This document shows positions 63,081 through 64,000 of a stretch of DNA of 64,000 nucleotides, piece by piece (position 1 is the stretch's first letter; each line of letters begins with the position of its first letter). The notes beneath the pieces are model-generated. The model was not told where the DNA came from, searched no databases, and saw only the letters and a program-made list of their open reading frames with translations. Where the stretch lies: the NCBI RefSeq assembly GCF_004010195.1, contig NC_057719.1:71154831-71218830 (forward strand), read 5' to 3'. The translations under genes were made by a program, and so were the position numbers. The stretch is from Chiloscyllium plagiosum (lineage: Eukaryota).

Positions 63081-63637
63081 TGTAATGGGGTCAGCCAGCT
63101 GGACCTCATAGAATATGAGTTCCCTGATTGGGGCTGCCCACTTATGGGCGGCACAGTGGCTCAGTGGTTAGCACTGCTGCCTTACAGCGCCAGGGACCCA
63201 GGTTCAATTCCAGCCTCATGCAACTGTCTGTGTGGAGTTTGCTCACTCTCCCCTTGTCTGCCCGGGTTTCCTCCGGGTGCTCCAGTTTCCTCCTACAGTC
63301 CAAAGATGTGCAGGTTAGGTGAATTGGCCATGCTGAATTGCCTGTGGTGCTGGGTGCATTAGTCAGGGATAAATATAGGGCAGTAGAACGGGTCTGGGTG
63401 GATTACTCTTTGGAGGGTCGGTGTGGACTTGTCGAGCCGAAGGGCCTGTTTCCGTACTGTAGGGAATCTAATCTAATCAACTTGGCCCAGTCAGGGAGCC
63501 CTGGTTGATGAATATAAACAGAGATACTGGCGCTCTTTTGCCTGATTCTGTATGAGGCAGTACTATAATTAAGGACTATTTGCATGTAAATAAAAATGAT
63601 TTGGTGACAGTATACCAGTCTCTGTGGAGTTATTTCA
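63081..63637 (+). mobile_element. Solo LTR interrupted by a SINE
   Basis: TG...CA ends (tgtaat...atttca, imperfect inverted); internal inverted ccctgattgg / ccagtcaggg; TATA-like aatataaa; aataaa near 3' end; no TSD seen. Confidence 0.6.
63146..63478 (+). mobile_element. V-SINE/HE1-type SINE, full length
   Basis: gggcggcacagtggctcagtggttagc (A box)...ggttcaattcca (B box)...gggaatctaatctaatc tail. Confidence 0.93.
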
Positions 63638-63831
63638 CTAAGTTTAGGCTCCCAAATACTACTTTTCTTGAGTTCAAGGCGCATTCCTTAAAATGGTTTG
63701 TTTACAACAAACTGGAGACCCATATTCTCTTTGACTCTGGTAGAGTCTCTGCCTCTTTCTAGATCACCCTGCTTGATCATGTGACACAGACATCATCATT
63801 ACATCATTGTACATTATGACAATGTCTTATT

Positions 63832-64000
63832 ATTAGATTAGATTAGATTACTTACAGTGTGGAAACAGGCCCTTCGGCCCAACAAGTCCACACCGACCCG
63901 CCGAAGCGCAACCCACCCATACCCCTACATTTACCCCTTTTAACCTAACACTACGGGCAATTTAGCATGGCCAATTCACCTGACCCGCACATCTTTGGAC
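63832..64000 (-). mobile_element. Young V-SINE 3' half (runs off window)
   Basis: (AGATT)n tail, then cagtgtggaaacaggcccttcggcccaacaagtccacaccgacc...; CpGs retained. Confidence 0.92.

Overview
Eukaryotic, AT-rich, repeat-dense DNA with no recognisable intact protein-coding gene. The repeat set points to a cartilaginous fish, probably a shark (inference). It includes V-SINE/HE1-type tRNA SINEs with (AATCT)n tails, CR1-clade LINEs with (GACTCTAT)n tails, a Deu-type SINE, Rex1/Babar and Penelope-like elements. The window is intergenic or deep intronic. Where an ORF-track entry is recognisable it is a decayed transposon piece: CR1 ORF1/APE/RT, Penelope RT and GIY-YIG, Gypsy gag-protease, Harbinger transposase and Myb/SANT, or Rex1. 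The rest look like chance ORFs or N-gap artefacts. The most interesting signal is a set of about a dozen Penelope-derived terminal pieces from at least five sequence families. Most carry minimal hammerhead-ribozyme cores (CUGAnGA-x-stemII-GAAA-CGUC/GCUA) with covarying stem II. Three form ~200-bp asymmetric palindromes flanked by 14-15-bp target-site duplications, one has a 58-bp duplication, and several junctions fall at the ribozyme core or cleavage site. Hammerheads in Penelope-like elements are already known, so any novelty lies in the mini-element architecture and junction pattern. Also present: nested insertions, a templated mosaic insertion, local duplications, TE-poor motif-rich blocks that may be conserved enhancers, and three assembly gaps. 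Family names come from recalled sequence features, not from a database search, and boundaries of old elements are approximate.
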